From Atractiella rhizophila (lineage: Eukaryota): a stretch of 20,000 nucleotides of DNA. The stretch spans positions 44,607 to 64,606 of the forward strand of contig MU271333.1 of assembly GCA_021432655.1 (NCBI GenBank). Reading direction: 5' to 3'. Within the stretch, counting starts at the first letter, position 1. Each line of letters starts with the position of its first letter. A program made the translations under genes and the position numbers. Under the pieces are notes generated by a model. It was given only the letters and a program-made list of their open reading frames with translations, searched no databases and was not told where the DNA came from. Positions 10,274 through 20,000 of this stretch are shown here, piece by piece.

Positions 10274-11986
10274 TCAATGTGTGATAGGGATTACTGAAAA
10301 GAACCCACCAAACTTTATCCCACGATCTGCCAGCGCATTCCTTAGCCGGATGACGCTCTCGCTTTCTCGCCTCCAGACTCCTGATGGCCCATACACCGTT
10401 AACGTCTTCAAACAAGGCATGATAGCCTCAGTTGCCTCTTCGAACGTCATTGATATTGTGTCTAGAAAGGTGTCGGTGTCGCTAACAGGCTTTCCACACC
10501 ATGAATACTCGCTGAGATCAATGACCAAATGCTCCGTCCTCGACGTGGTTGATTTAAGAATATCGTACATCTCCGGCTCATACCATGTTGCGCTGTCGCT
10601 CAACCGCAATTTGAGCTCCGGAAAGTGAGTAAGCTGATTCGTGACAGAACAGACGATCTTTGTGATAGTGCTGGTGGGGGAAGGGAAGACAACACCTAGA
10701 TCAAAAATGTGAGGTATCAATTGTCTATTCACAAGTTGTTCAATGGCATCTCGACATTTCCGCGCCGTCGCAGGTGAGTCCTCCCCAGCGTTTGTTTTCA
10801 GCACCAGAGATCTGAGAGGTGTCGACGGGAGGAATGATAGGAAGAACTCGTCAACGAAGCTACAATGCCAAAGTGTGACTTCCTGAAGGTGTTCTAGTGG
10901 GTGGTATCCTTTTGCCAATTCGGTCCCAAACGACATGCTTATTAAGTGTAACTTTCGCAATTCTAGAGATTTGGAAATGAGAGGAAACATCTTGAACAAT
11001 CGGCATTTGTCGTTCATATTGTGTTTGCCCTCGCTGAAATCAAACATGAAGGTTTTTAATCGCGGAAGGTGTCCAAAAGGAACCATCAGCCGCTGCTGCT
11101 GCACGCTTTCTGTGACTGTAACTCGTAAGTCGAGCAAAGCTTTTGCGAGCAAATTTGTCACGTCAGCGAGGCCCGACCAAGCTAACTCGTGCAGGCATTC
11201 GAGTCTCAAATGGGTGACGTGTAGAGAAGTAGCTTGAGCCGTGAACCTCGTGACAAAGTTAACCGGAGTGTTCTTTAGAGCCAAATAGAAATTGCGAAGT
11301 GTAGTTAAATCGGAGCCAATTGTTTCAATGATCTCGGAAGGAACGTCATTGTGCCCAACATATAGATAGCTGAGAGATGAAAACAATGCAGCCATTGGAA
11401 GATCGAAGCGCAAAGTTCCACGTAACCGCGCCACGTGAAGACTACCAGATGAACTACCGAGGTTTGGAAGAAGAGTAGAGAGGTAGAACGGCCGAAATCG
11501 TGAAGAGTTTGTCACAGAGAGATTTTGGAGAAAGGGTAGAGCTGGAAACCTGAACCTCGGGTGCTCGACGCCGATAACATCCCACCAGAGGAGAGAACGA
11601 AGGTTCGTGCATCGATCGATGACAGCTTGCCCAAATTCGAGAGGGAGGTCCTTTTGGTCGTTAGAATCTCCTAAAAAGCGGAGTGTCCAAACAGAACTTG
11701 CACCATTCTCATCCCTATCCAAAGCAGCCAAGCAAGCTTCCATCTTAGCCTCTCTCATTTCTGGATCCCTAGATCCTTGACAAACGGAGCGCAGATCAAT
11801 TACTCGCATAATCAATTGGTTCGATATCTCTTTCCATCTTCGACAAACGAGGGCAGTTGTGCAGTAAGATCTCCGGGGTAAAAAGCGATTCTTTCCCCAG
11901 AGCCAGAAGTTTTCTACTTCGTCGATCGAAACGAGAATTTTTCGTATAAGTTCCAAAGGCAAGATATCGTTCATTGATTTCGCCAT
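10274..11986 (-). CDS. F-box protein with probable LRR/RNI-like C-terminal region, ~570 aa, single exon
   Basis: Long open frame. From ATG 11986 it reads MAKSMNDILPLELIRKIL...ALVCRRWKEI (F-box), followed by repeated LxxLxL segments (NLRSLLW, FLQNLSV, SLSYLYV, RLKTFMF, HLQEVTL, CLKTLTV). Confidence 0.8.
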   Translation of the reverse strand: MAKSMNDILPLELIRKILVSIDEVENFWLWGKNRFLPRRSYCTTALVCRRWKEISNQLIMRVIDLRSVCQGSRDPEMREAKMEACLAALDRDENGASSVWTLRFLGDSNDQKDLPLEFGQAVIDRCTNLRSLLWWDVIGVEHPRFRFPALPFLQNLSVTNSSRFRPFYLSTLLPNLGSSSGSLHVARLRGTLRFDLPMAALFSSLSYLYVGHNDVPSEIIETIGSDLTTLRNFYLALKNTPVNFVTRFTAQATSLHVTHLRLECLHELAWSGLADVTNLLAKALLDLRVTVTESVQQQRLMVPFGHLPRLKTFMFDFSEGKHNMNDKCRLFKMFPLISKSLELRKLHLISMSFGTELAKGYHPLEHLQEVTLWHCSFVDEFFLSFLPSTPLRSLVLKTNAGEDSPATARKCRDAIEQLVNRQLIPHIFDLGVVFPSPTSTITKIVCSVTNQLTHFPELKLRLSDSATWYEPEMYDILKSTTSRTEHLVIDLSEYSWCGKPVSDTDTFLDTISMTFEEATEAIMPCLKTLTVYGPSGVWRRESESVIRLRNALADRGIKFGGFFSVIPITH

Positions 11987-12285
11987 TGTCTGAAGATTTG
12001 GTGAGCGTGTTGTCGCGTCTGTTAAACACTGGCAGCTTTTTGAGGCAAGGATTTTTCTCCTTGTTGCTTGATAAATAGGGTTCGGACTTTTGTGTTCAGA
12101 ACAAGGAACCATTGCTGTTCGGAGACCTTTGCTTGCCGCTTGATCTCGGACATGAAACAATTACATGGCACATATAAGCAATCCAACTTTCTTCAGTGCA
12201 TGGCAAGTAGTATACATTCATCGTGACCGCTATAGCAATTGAGAGCCAAGCAATCGTACCAGCCACAAAGGAATATGCATCTTGA

Positions 12286-14521
12286 TCATGCAAGGGCACC
12301 TTTGATTGAGTACAATTCAGCTTTAATATCTTTCACATTGAAAAGTAAACTCACCAAGAGGGTCCCAAGGCGGCAATTCAACGGCATCCTTGTTCTCCCA
12401 TACCCTTCTTAATTCTTTAGGCACAAAGCTCTTATGAGCCACAATCTGGTACACAAACTCGTCGAACCATCCATCCGTCTACCCATCAGGCGCAAGGGAT
12501 CAACATCTTATCTCAGCCGACAAGTGGTGAGAGAACAGACCATCATGAAATAACCTTTCTCTCCTGGCGTTGGACCCCAAGAGTTCTCAACCCTCCATCT
12601 GACAGGTCTTCCGTCTTTGTCGAGGTGAACGGCGGTGATCGTCATCGCGTGCGTCATGGCCGAATCGCCCATTTGGAGTCGTTCGGATTTGGTCATTCCT
12701 TTAGTGGTACCAAAGGCGTTGGATAGGTCGAATAACTACATACATCCACATTCTTGTTCATGTCAGTCGGTCAGCGAAGGCGATAGGCAGACCTTGTGGT
12801 CCATTAATCCAAGAGTGCGCTCAGAGGATTGCCCAACGTCGCACCCGAACCAGACTGTGGACCAGATGCAATGAGTCAGCTAGGAATTATAGAACTCGAT
12901 GGGAAGAACGGACCAGGCTGGTCGGCTTTAAGGAGGGCGATTGCGACCTGCTTCATCTTCTCCCTTCATGCAAAATTCAATATCCACCTTTTGACAGTAG
13001 GGTCAACTTACACTCCCGAGTTCACATAACTGGGGATCCCATCAGTAAGGTTAATCAAGAATGATAAAGGGAGATACGAACCTCACTCTTTCTCCATCCC
13101 ACACATTACCAAGATGTTTGACGGTATAGAGTTTCCCATACTCGTTCCTTGGATCGTCGATCAAAGAAAGCGAATCCTTAGCCGAGAAAAAGTCGCATTG
13201 CTCCTTATAAAACGACAACGGGGTCGCCTTGATCGAGTGAAACTTGCCATTCTTATCATAATACTCCCACGTGAACTCTTCCACCTTCTTCGGGCTTCCA
13301 CAGGTGATACAAAGGATGCGATAGACCTCGTCCATCTGCTCGCTCTTCCTCTTCCTCAACCCCTTCACCGCCAACGCCTTCGCTTCGGCGCACGAGAGAC
13401 CTTGAGTGGTGTAAGAGGAGAGGAAAGAGGCGTAGAGACGACGGAGCTCGAGGGTATATTCTCGCAGTTTGGTCGTGAGGAGAGAGTCGACCTTGGAGGA
13501 GTTGGAGGAGTTAAAAGACTCCGGATAGACGCTTTGGGGCACTAGACCGTATTTCTCGATCAGATTCGAGGCCATGTCCCATTGTCCACCATCTATTTCA
13601 GTAGATGCTTCAGATTCATCGAGAAGAGAAAGGCTCGAAACAAAGGACGAACCGTTCTCAGGTGCTGTGGATAGGAATTGGATCACTCGACTGTCAAGAG
13701 GCTCATCGACTAATTCAATCATTGTCTCGAGGTAGCTGTCGCCACGTTTACCCGTCAACAAGCTGAAGCTCAGAAGGATGAAAGGAGATAGAAGACGCAC
13801 TAGTTGCTCTTCTCAACATGGTCATAGAAGAACAGGTAGCTTCGTTCTTCTCGTCAGCACAGTGGTCTCGCGAGAACTAGAGAAAGAAACACCTTTGCGA
13901 GAGTTGGAAGTCGTCTATCTCAAAAAATCCATCAATTTTATTGGGAGAGGAAGAAGGGACGAAGAGACGAACCAAGGTTATATTTCTTCTTGAGCCCGAT
14001 TCTGATCACATTCGTTGTAGCAAAGAGCCAGCATCTGCCCGAGGACATTTGACTGGTGACTACATACACCAAAGACTTAATAATTGGTGGAGCAGAGGGA
14101 GACTGGGAGGGACGAACTCGGCGTTCCCTCCGTCGAAATCTTGGTGTTATAGATATGCAAATCCTCCGTCACTCTCTCTCTCCCGGCGAGTGCGATAGTC
14201 CAGTCTTGCTTCGACAGTAGCGTGCTGGAGAGCTGAAAGCGAGCCGAATTCTCACTACCCATTCGGCATCCCACAATCAGCACATAGCTTCGTCGAAGGG
14301 AGGTGGAAGACGAACAAGTTCTCCTGCCACTCTTTCAATCCGTCAAACGAGACATCAGCTGTCGCAGGTCCATACTTCCCCCTCTGGGAAGAGGAGGAAG
14401 AGGAAGATCCATTGGAGTCGCGGATCTGGAGCGAGCGAAGGAGGGACGTGGCCGTCTCGAGCTCCCTCTGCTTCTCGGACACTTGGTGTTCCTGGACTGG
14501 CTTCGAAGGTGTGGCTCCCAT
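12286..14521 (-). CDS. LAP3: Bleomycin hydrolase / cysteine aminopeptidase (peptidase C1B), 13 exons
   Basis: Spliced product has ITSQMSSGRCWLFA (catalytic Cys), DFQLSQSYLFFYDHVEKSNYYLE, DGGQWDM, VWFGCDV, SAMTHAM (His), WRVENSWG (Asn) and the family C-terminus PWDPLGALA*. Twelve GT-AG introns keep the frame, including micro-exons of 22, 18 and 14 nt. Confidence 0.95.
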
Positions 14522-14924
14522 GGTTATCGTGCTGCTTTCTTTGACTGGTGTGCGAAAGGAGGAGCTCAGAATCGGACCCTGAGGGTTATATAAGGGTTGC
14601 TGGAGGACTGCTCGGAGGAGGACCACACTGCTCGTTGGTCTCGCTTTAAGATGCAGGTGATAAGAATTTGAAATTGCTCCACAGGGTCACATGAGGATGT
14701 GGATTGCTTCCAGGTATTTGCTATTTCATTTCACCATGTATCCTCCCAGCCAAAGCATGTTCAGTCTATCCCTTTGCAACCGTAGGACTTCTCGTCAGTG
14801 TTGCTTGCTGGAATCCAAATGGGAGGATAGTTCGGCGTATCTCACCTTCCCCTCATGGAAGATTTGAAATATGCCAATGTTGTCCCCGGCGGCCCAAGAA
14901 TATCTGACGCTCATTTAGCATTGT

Positions 14925-17603
14925 ATGCTCACCTTCCCCTTCACCCTTCGCCCACTCCGCTCACACTACTCAGACTACGCACCCCTGCCCACCTCCCACG
15001 AAATGGCTGCCATGTCAGCCGAAGACTCCACAGGCAGCCACGCCTCCTCGACAGCCAAGATCGAACTGCAGCATCCCCCATCGCTACGGCGCGCACAGAG
15101 CCACTCGAGCATCTCCATAGGCTTCGCACCCACCGATCCTCACGCCAACAATCCTTATTATCCCTTGCTGCTGTGGGCACGCAAATTTGCGCCGTTCAGA
15201 GCAACCGAGAACTGGCTGCGCGGACCTTCTCCTTCCGTCGAGCTGCAAATCAAAAGGTGGCGCTTTACGGCGCCGTTGGAGGAGTTGGCGGATAGATTGG
15301 ATGTCGGTAGATATGTGGGCAAGTGGAAAAATACGGTGCTTGCGCTGTTTCTTGCCCTTTGGATCGTGGGATTCGCATTGTTGGTTAGAGAGAGTAGCTT
15401 CTATGGGGTGGACAAAGACCAGTTTGTGGATTGTACGAGCGCTTATTGGACGGGAAGGAATGCTGATGTGAGTCTCCCTTTGATTTGTTGATGCTGTGGT
15501 GCACTGGACTTCAAGAAGTCACCTTGAAATCCTCTTTAGAGCTAGTATTCATTCTAGCTTTCTAGAGGTATCAGGATGACTGGACACATATTACATGGTT
15601 ACCTAGAGCTTCAAGGGCAAGAAGCCTCAGGTATACCTCAGGTTGTTGCTATCCAGAACGCGCAGTATTGATGCTTTCTGCTTTCTTCAATTGATTCCCC
15701 AATTGCGATGAGTACTTTTGTACTGCGTCTGTTTTCCCAAATTTAGAAGCTGATATCCTACGTACACTTCTCTGATAGTGAAAAGAAGAGGGCGACTTTT
15801 TTGTTATGTCAACAGGAGTGGCAAAAATATGCAGTCAGTGTCAATTAGGCAACCTTCCGTTCTGCTTTTAGATTTGACATGCTAGAAATGCACTCGGGTC
15901 CTACCTGTCATGTCGGAACTGTGCCATTAGCACGCGAAAGATCTTTTTCGTGCGAAAAATACTGTAGACGTCTGGGCGGCAAAAGCCATCCAATTTTTTC
16001 CAACAGATACAGTGTTGTTCACCTGCACTACTTTGTGCCCGATCACCAATCACCTTCAGTATTGACACAGTTTACTGATTCTTTCGTCTAGTGCGCTCTA
16101 AATGGCGAAAATTGCACACCTTTCAACGATACGACCTTCCGCTTCCGATGTCCTGCCAACTGCGCAAGCGTCACACTGCTCAATCCCCGAATTGTGGGTT
16201 CGCAATCCGTGAATTACGTTCCCTTGCTGGTTGGCGGAGGAGACGAGCTGGGGACATACCGCGGAGACAGTTGGATTTGCCCTGCCGCATTGCAGAAGGG
16301 GCTTTTTAGTAACAGCAAGGGAGGGTGTGCGCGCGTCAACACCGTTGGAACGTTTCAACGATATGTTGGGTTCGAGGCACATGGACTCAAAAGCGTAGAT
16401 TTCGATACGCAGTTTCCGAGTAGTATTCGCTTCGATGGTACCAGTCAGAGAGGGTGCAAGGATCTGCGGGATGAGATTTTAGGGTAAGACTCCTGTCTGC
16501 ATCTGAATGATATAACTAAGCACTTGACAGTTTCGACGTCGCCCTCTCCGTCATCTTCTCTCTGGTCTTTCGTCCCCCACCTCGAGTCTTTTTCTGGGTC
16601 CTCGTTTGCCTAGGTTTCTGGCACATCTCTCTTGTCTCCGAACCATCAGCTTCTCCTCCATCGATATCCCGACCAATCGGTATCTTCCTCCCAACACTTT
16701 TCGTTGCTTACGCCATCGGTCGTTTTGCCTGGCGCTGGACCCTGCCTGCATTTGAGATTGTTCCCATCGAACGAACAATATGGTACCTCGGTGGCTTTTG
16801 GGTTGGTGTATTGCTGAATGTGACGACTGGTTGGATACCTATTGACCGTCTCACCCCGCACGATATTAAACAACGACCCGGAGGGCTCGTGGCAGTCATC
16901 ATCTTGTCGATAGTTGGTGCATTCTTGGTTGGCAATCAGGTTTGGTTTATCAGGAAGACGGGGTGGCTAATTACATACCTCAAATACTACTGCCTTGGAA
17001 TTCTCGTCCTGGGCATCTTTGCCACATTGCCAAATCTCCAGTTCAGATTTCATCACTACTTTGCTGGAATCGTCCTCTCCCCCGGAACCGCATTCAAAAC
17101 GCGTGTATCTGCCCTACTCCAAGCATTTCTTCTCGGAATGTTTCTGAATGGGGTGGCGAGGTGGTCAGTCGGAATTTTCACTTTCTTTCTGCTGCTCCTT
17201 CTGACTGATATCGATGTATAGGGACTACGACGCCATCTTCCAAACTCCCGACGAGCTTCGAGGCGACGCTACCTTTGGAACTGACGTGCCCTCGTTCGCT
17301 ACGAACGACACGAATTTCCAACCTAACCAGCGCGTCATTTCGTGGCCATCAATACCTTCCGACCTCACCTCTTCGTGGAGCGGCCATTCGCTTCTTGTCG
17401 ACGACGTCCTGCGATACACTGGCGCTGCACTAAATTTCTCCCTAGATGCGTTGTCGGACGGCTTTGTCCTCGACTTCTCTCTCCCTCATTATCTCCGATT
17501 AGCATACGCAGACAACGATGGCAATCCCGGAGACTTCACCACTGCTGCCACTGCTTTTGTGAGCAATGGGACATGGATCGATCCCTTGCCGGGTTCGACT
17601 TGA
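14925..17603 (+). CDS. LCCL-domain multi-pass membrane protein (fungal type); exons ~14925-15467, 16092-16483, 16531-17163, 17222-17603; start uncertain (ATG 14925 or 15003)
   Basis: The splice gives CTSAYWTGRNAD|CALNGENCTPF...FRCPANC...LNPRIVG...YRGDSWICPAA (LCCL core). Downstream are many TM segments with the GFWHISL, IPIDRL, RFHHY and GVARWDYDAIFQT motifs that I recognise from fungal LCCL membrane proteins. Confidence 0.88.
15486..16067 (+). ncRNA. Putative structured intronic RNA of unknown class inside LCCL gene intron 15468-16091
   Basis: Terminal helix 15486-15496/16057-16067 (11 bp, 3 G-U), a 13-bp helix 15738-15750/15864-15876 (2 G-U), and about 6 further stem-loops found by eye. 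No known ncRNA motif recognised. Confidence 0.45.
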
Positions 17604-18181
17604 TTTGTTCCATTCAGTTCCTCCTTTGAGTAGACATTTGGATGCTTTCGTTTCATTTCATTTTCGGATGGATTGTATGTGGCAAGGACTGTGGTTGTGC
17701 ATTGTTGTATCATCAAAACTCACATTTCATACCCGATACTGTAATCGATTCTAGATTCACTTACCCTCATTTTCTCTTCCCTCCAGGGGTCAAGCATCTT
17801 CAAGCAACACTCGTACAATCACTCCACTCGGAGTCCATTCATTCCAATACCCTACGACACACGACCGCGACACCGCAACTACTTGATGAAGACTGGGATG
17901 AAGAACAAGGATGAAAGGAAGGCTCAAACAAAGGACCAACCAACCAGCATCTGGATTTGATTGAACATATGTAGCAAAGAAATCAAAGGGGGGAGGGGTC
18001 ACATTCGAACATATTGCACTGCTCGGGAATTGGGAGTGGGGAGTCGAAGGATGGAAAAACACAGACGTGGATCACGGACAAGGCTTTTGAGATGGATCAA
18101 ATGAGTAGAGCGAGATGAAGGGAGAGAGAGTATATGTTAAGGACCGTGTTTCTTGTTTCTCTGCACAGGATGCAAGTTGCA

Positions 18182-20000
18182 TCATCGGACACTCTCTGGT
18201 CCCATGTTCCGGTTCTGGAACGTGAAACCTGAGGAAGCAGACACATCAACCTTCCAACAACTGAATGAAGAAATTGGTAAGATGAACATACCTTCAAACT
18301 GTGCCTGTACGCTCTCGCTCAAATGACTGGGTTCAACCACACTATCAACTGGCGCTTCGGCGGTAAACTCTTCATCGAACTGTACCGAACAACAAACCAG
18401 TCAGCTTCTTCTCTACAAAAGGGACAATGAGGCAGTATGCGGTGGAGTTACGCACATTAGAAGTATCAGCAGCGCTCTCCACGCTCGGCTTGAACGGCGG
18501 CTGGATCTTCTTCGTGCTCAAAAGTGCCCAATCCAAATGATTCTTGAAGAACGGATGGTTCTTTATATCCTCAGCACCACGATTTCCCAACCTATTGCAC
18601 GTGTGAGGAAGAGTCGAAAGAGCCTCAATAGAAGAAACGAACCTCTGTGACGGTTCTCTCGTGAGTAAGCCGGTGAGCACGGAGCGAGCTTCAGCTCCCA
18701 TGTCGTCAGGGAAAATCAACGGATTCTGTGATCACAAATATGAGTCCCAATACGCTTGCACTATCTTCTAGAGTTGGTAGACGGGAGTACGGACCTGCAG
18801 AATCTTCTTGTACATAGTTGGCACGTCTTCGTCATAGTAAGGTGGTAATCCCGTCAACATTTCGTACAACAAGACGCCGAGCGTCCACCAGTCCACACTC
18901 TTCGTGTATCCCTGACCCAGCAACAGTTCCGGCGCGAGATATTCAGGCGTTCCGCAGAAAGCTGATCATTATCAAAATGGCATGAGTGAGGATCCCAACA
19001 TGGAGTAGGGAGGACGAACTGTTAGTCGTCTCTTGATCCGTCATGTTCAGCTTGCACAGACCAAAATCGCAGAGGGAGATGTGTCCGACGTAATCGAGAA
19101 GGATATTTTCTGGTTTCAAATCCCTACGTTGCAGGATCAGCTGGGCGTTTCCACGCAACCGTATGGAAAAAGAGGAACTTACCGATAAACGACATTGAAG
19201 CCATGGAGACATTCAAGGGCACACAACAATTCGGCGGCGTAAAACCTGCTCCTCTCTTCACTGAACCTTCCCTCTCGTTGGAGGTGATGAAAGAGTTCTC
19301 CACCATTGACGAAGGCTAGGACGAGGTACAATTTATCTGGAGATTGGAAGGCGAATTTGAGAGGAGTGATGAATGGATTGTTGACCTTTGCGAGGACGCT
19401 CCTCTCGGCAAGCGTATGGGTGACTTCGGATCGATTGACGATGTGTGCTTTTTTGATCGTCTTGAGAGCATAAATCCTCCCCGTATCCGTCTTACGGACT
19501 TGCATGACTTTTCCAAAGCTCCCTTTTCCGATGACCCTCAACAAATCCAGATCTTCGATCCTCAAGCCCTGTTCAGTGGCCTTGAACGCAATCTGTAAAT
19601 GGAAGTGACCGCCTTGACCAGTCGAAGAGGTGCCTTCGAACCACTTGTCGATTACTTTCGGACCCAATGCGCCGGCGGGGAGTGTGGTGTTGAAGTCGGG
19701 TGTTATGGTGACGGATGAGAGAAAGACGTCGTCGCCCATGTCATTCCTTTGACCAGGAGGAGCGGAGGAGGTGCGTAGGTAGGCGGAGAGGGTGAGTTCA
19801 GAAGAGCGGGACACATCACTTTTTTTCCCAAGACCACAAGCAATCAATACACCCATCAATCAAAAGGCGTGGTAAGGATAAAAAAAGACGCACAAAATAG
19901 TTCGAAACATGTAAACCGGCTTATCCATCTCCCCTCCCAACGCATCGACGAGCACATCGTTCTTATCGAACTGAAGCACGACGTAAGGGAGCCACCAGCA
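18182..20000 (-). CDS. YPK1: AGC-family Ser/Thr kinase, Ypk1/Gad8 (SGK-like); 5' end lies beyond the window
   Basis: C2-like N-terminal segment ([12 protein letters not shown]), then [51 protein letters not shown] (activation loop), turn motif APVDSVV and hydrophobic motif FEGFTF. Seven introns in the window; TGA ends at 18182. Confidence 0.95.

Noticed and set aside
11987..12160. N-terminal 58 codons of the 628-aa ORF
   Set aside because: The ORF opens at a non-ATG codon and overlaps the probable LAP3 3' UTR. The F-box begins right after ATG 11986.
15705..15775. C/D box snoRNA (GCGATGA...CTGA...CTGA)
   Set aside because: The C box is degenerate, no terminal stem is present, and I could not match the sequences upstream of either CTGA to rRNA.
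15486..16067. Solo LTR or MITE interpretation (ends TGT...ACA)
   Set aside because: No target-site duplication flanks the termini and the terminal repeat matches only 8/11 as DNA. Not fully excluded without a genome-wide copy search.
15468..16091. Long intron as telomerase RNA, U snRNA, RNase P/MRP, SRP, TPP riboswitch, group II intron or hammerhead ribozyme
   Set aside because: No CCCTAA-type template, no U1/U2/U6 hallmark beyond a chance 9-mer (GTATCTGTT on the minus strand), and no P4, SRP helix 8, TPP core, domain V or CUGANGA/GAAA core found by eye.
17988..18041. G-run cluster (possible G-quadruplex) between convergent genes
   Set aside because: One loop is over 25 nt, and the runs are more simply the complement of a pyrimidine-rich YPK1 3' UTR.
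551..19598. Numerous short antisense or alternate-frame ORFs in the track (e.g. 551-853, 6851-7174, 13114-13545, 14855-15295, 19344-19598)
   Set aside because: They are shadows of real exons on the opposite strand or in another frame, with no independent motifs.
1..20000. Prokaryotic-type systems (CRISPR arrays, operons, IS elements), rRNA or tRNA genes
   Set aside because: The sequence is eukaryotic with spliceosomal introns. I saw no repeat-spacer array, transposase, or tRNA/rRNA signature.

Overview
Gene-dense, intron-rich fungal DNA. The ~45-75 nt GT-AG introns, CTRAC-like branch points and frequent GTNCGT donors suggest a basidiomycete (inference). By manual splicing I reconstructed 10 protein genes: an APH/choline-kinase-like phosphotransferase, an unknown membrane protein, a ~100-aa three-exon membrane protein missing from the ORF track, two paralogous BAHD/Transferase-family acyltransferases in inverted orientation around an R3H-type gene, an intronless F-box protein, a 13-exon bleomycin hydrolase (LAP3/GAL6), an LCCL-domain membrane protein, and the 3' part of a Ypk1/Gad8 AGC kinase. 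The most unusual element is a 624-nt intron in the LCCL gene, about ten times longer than the other introns. By eye it folds on the sense strand into a multi-armed, G-U-containing structure closed by a terminal helix, making it a candidate unannotated structured ncRNA or splicing element. All splice models and pairings are hand-derived; no database search or folding program was run.
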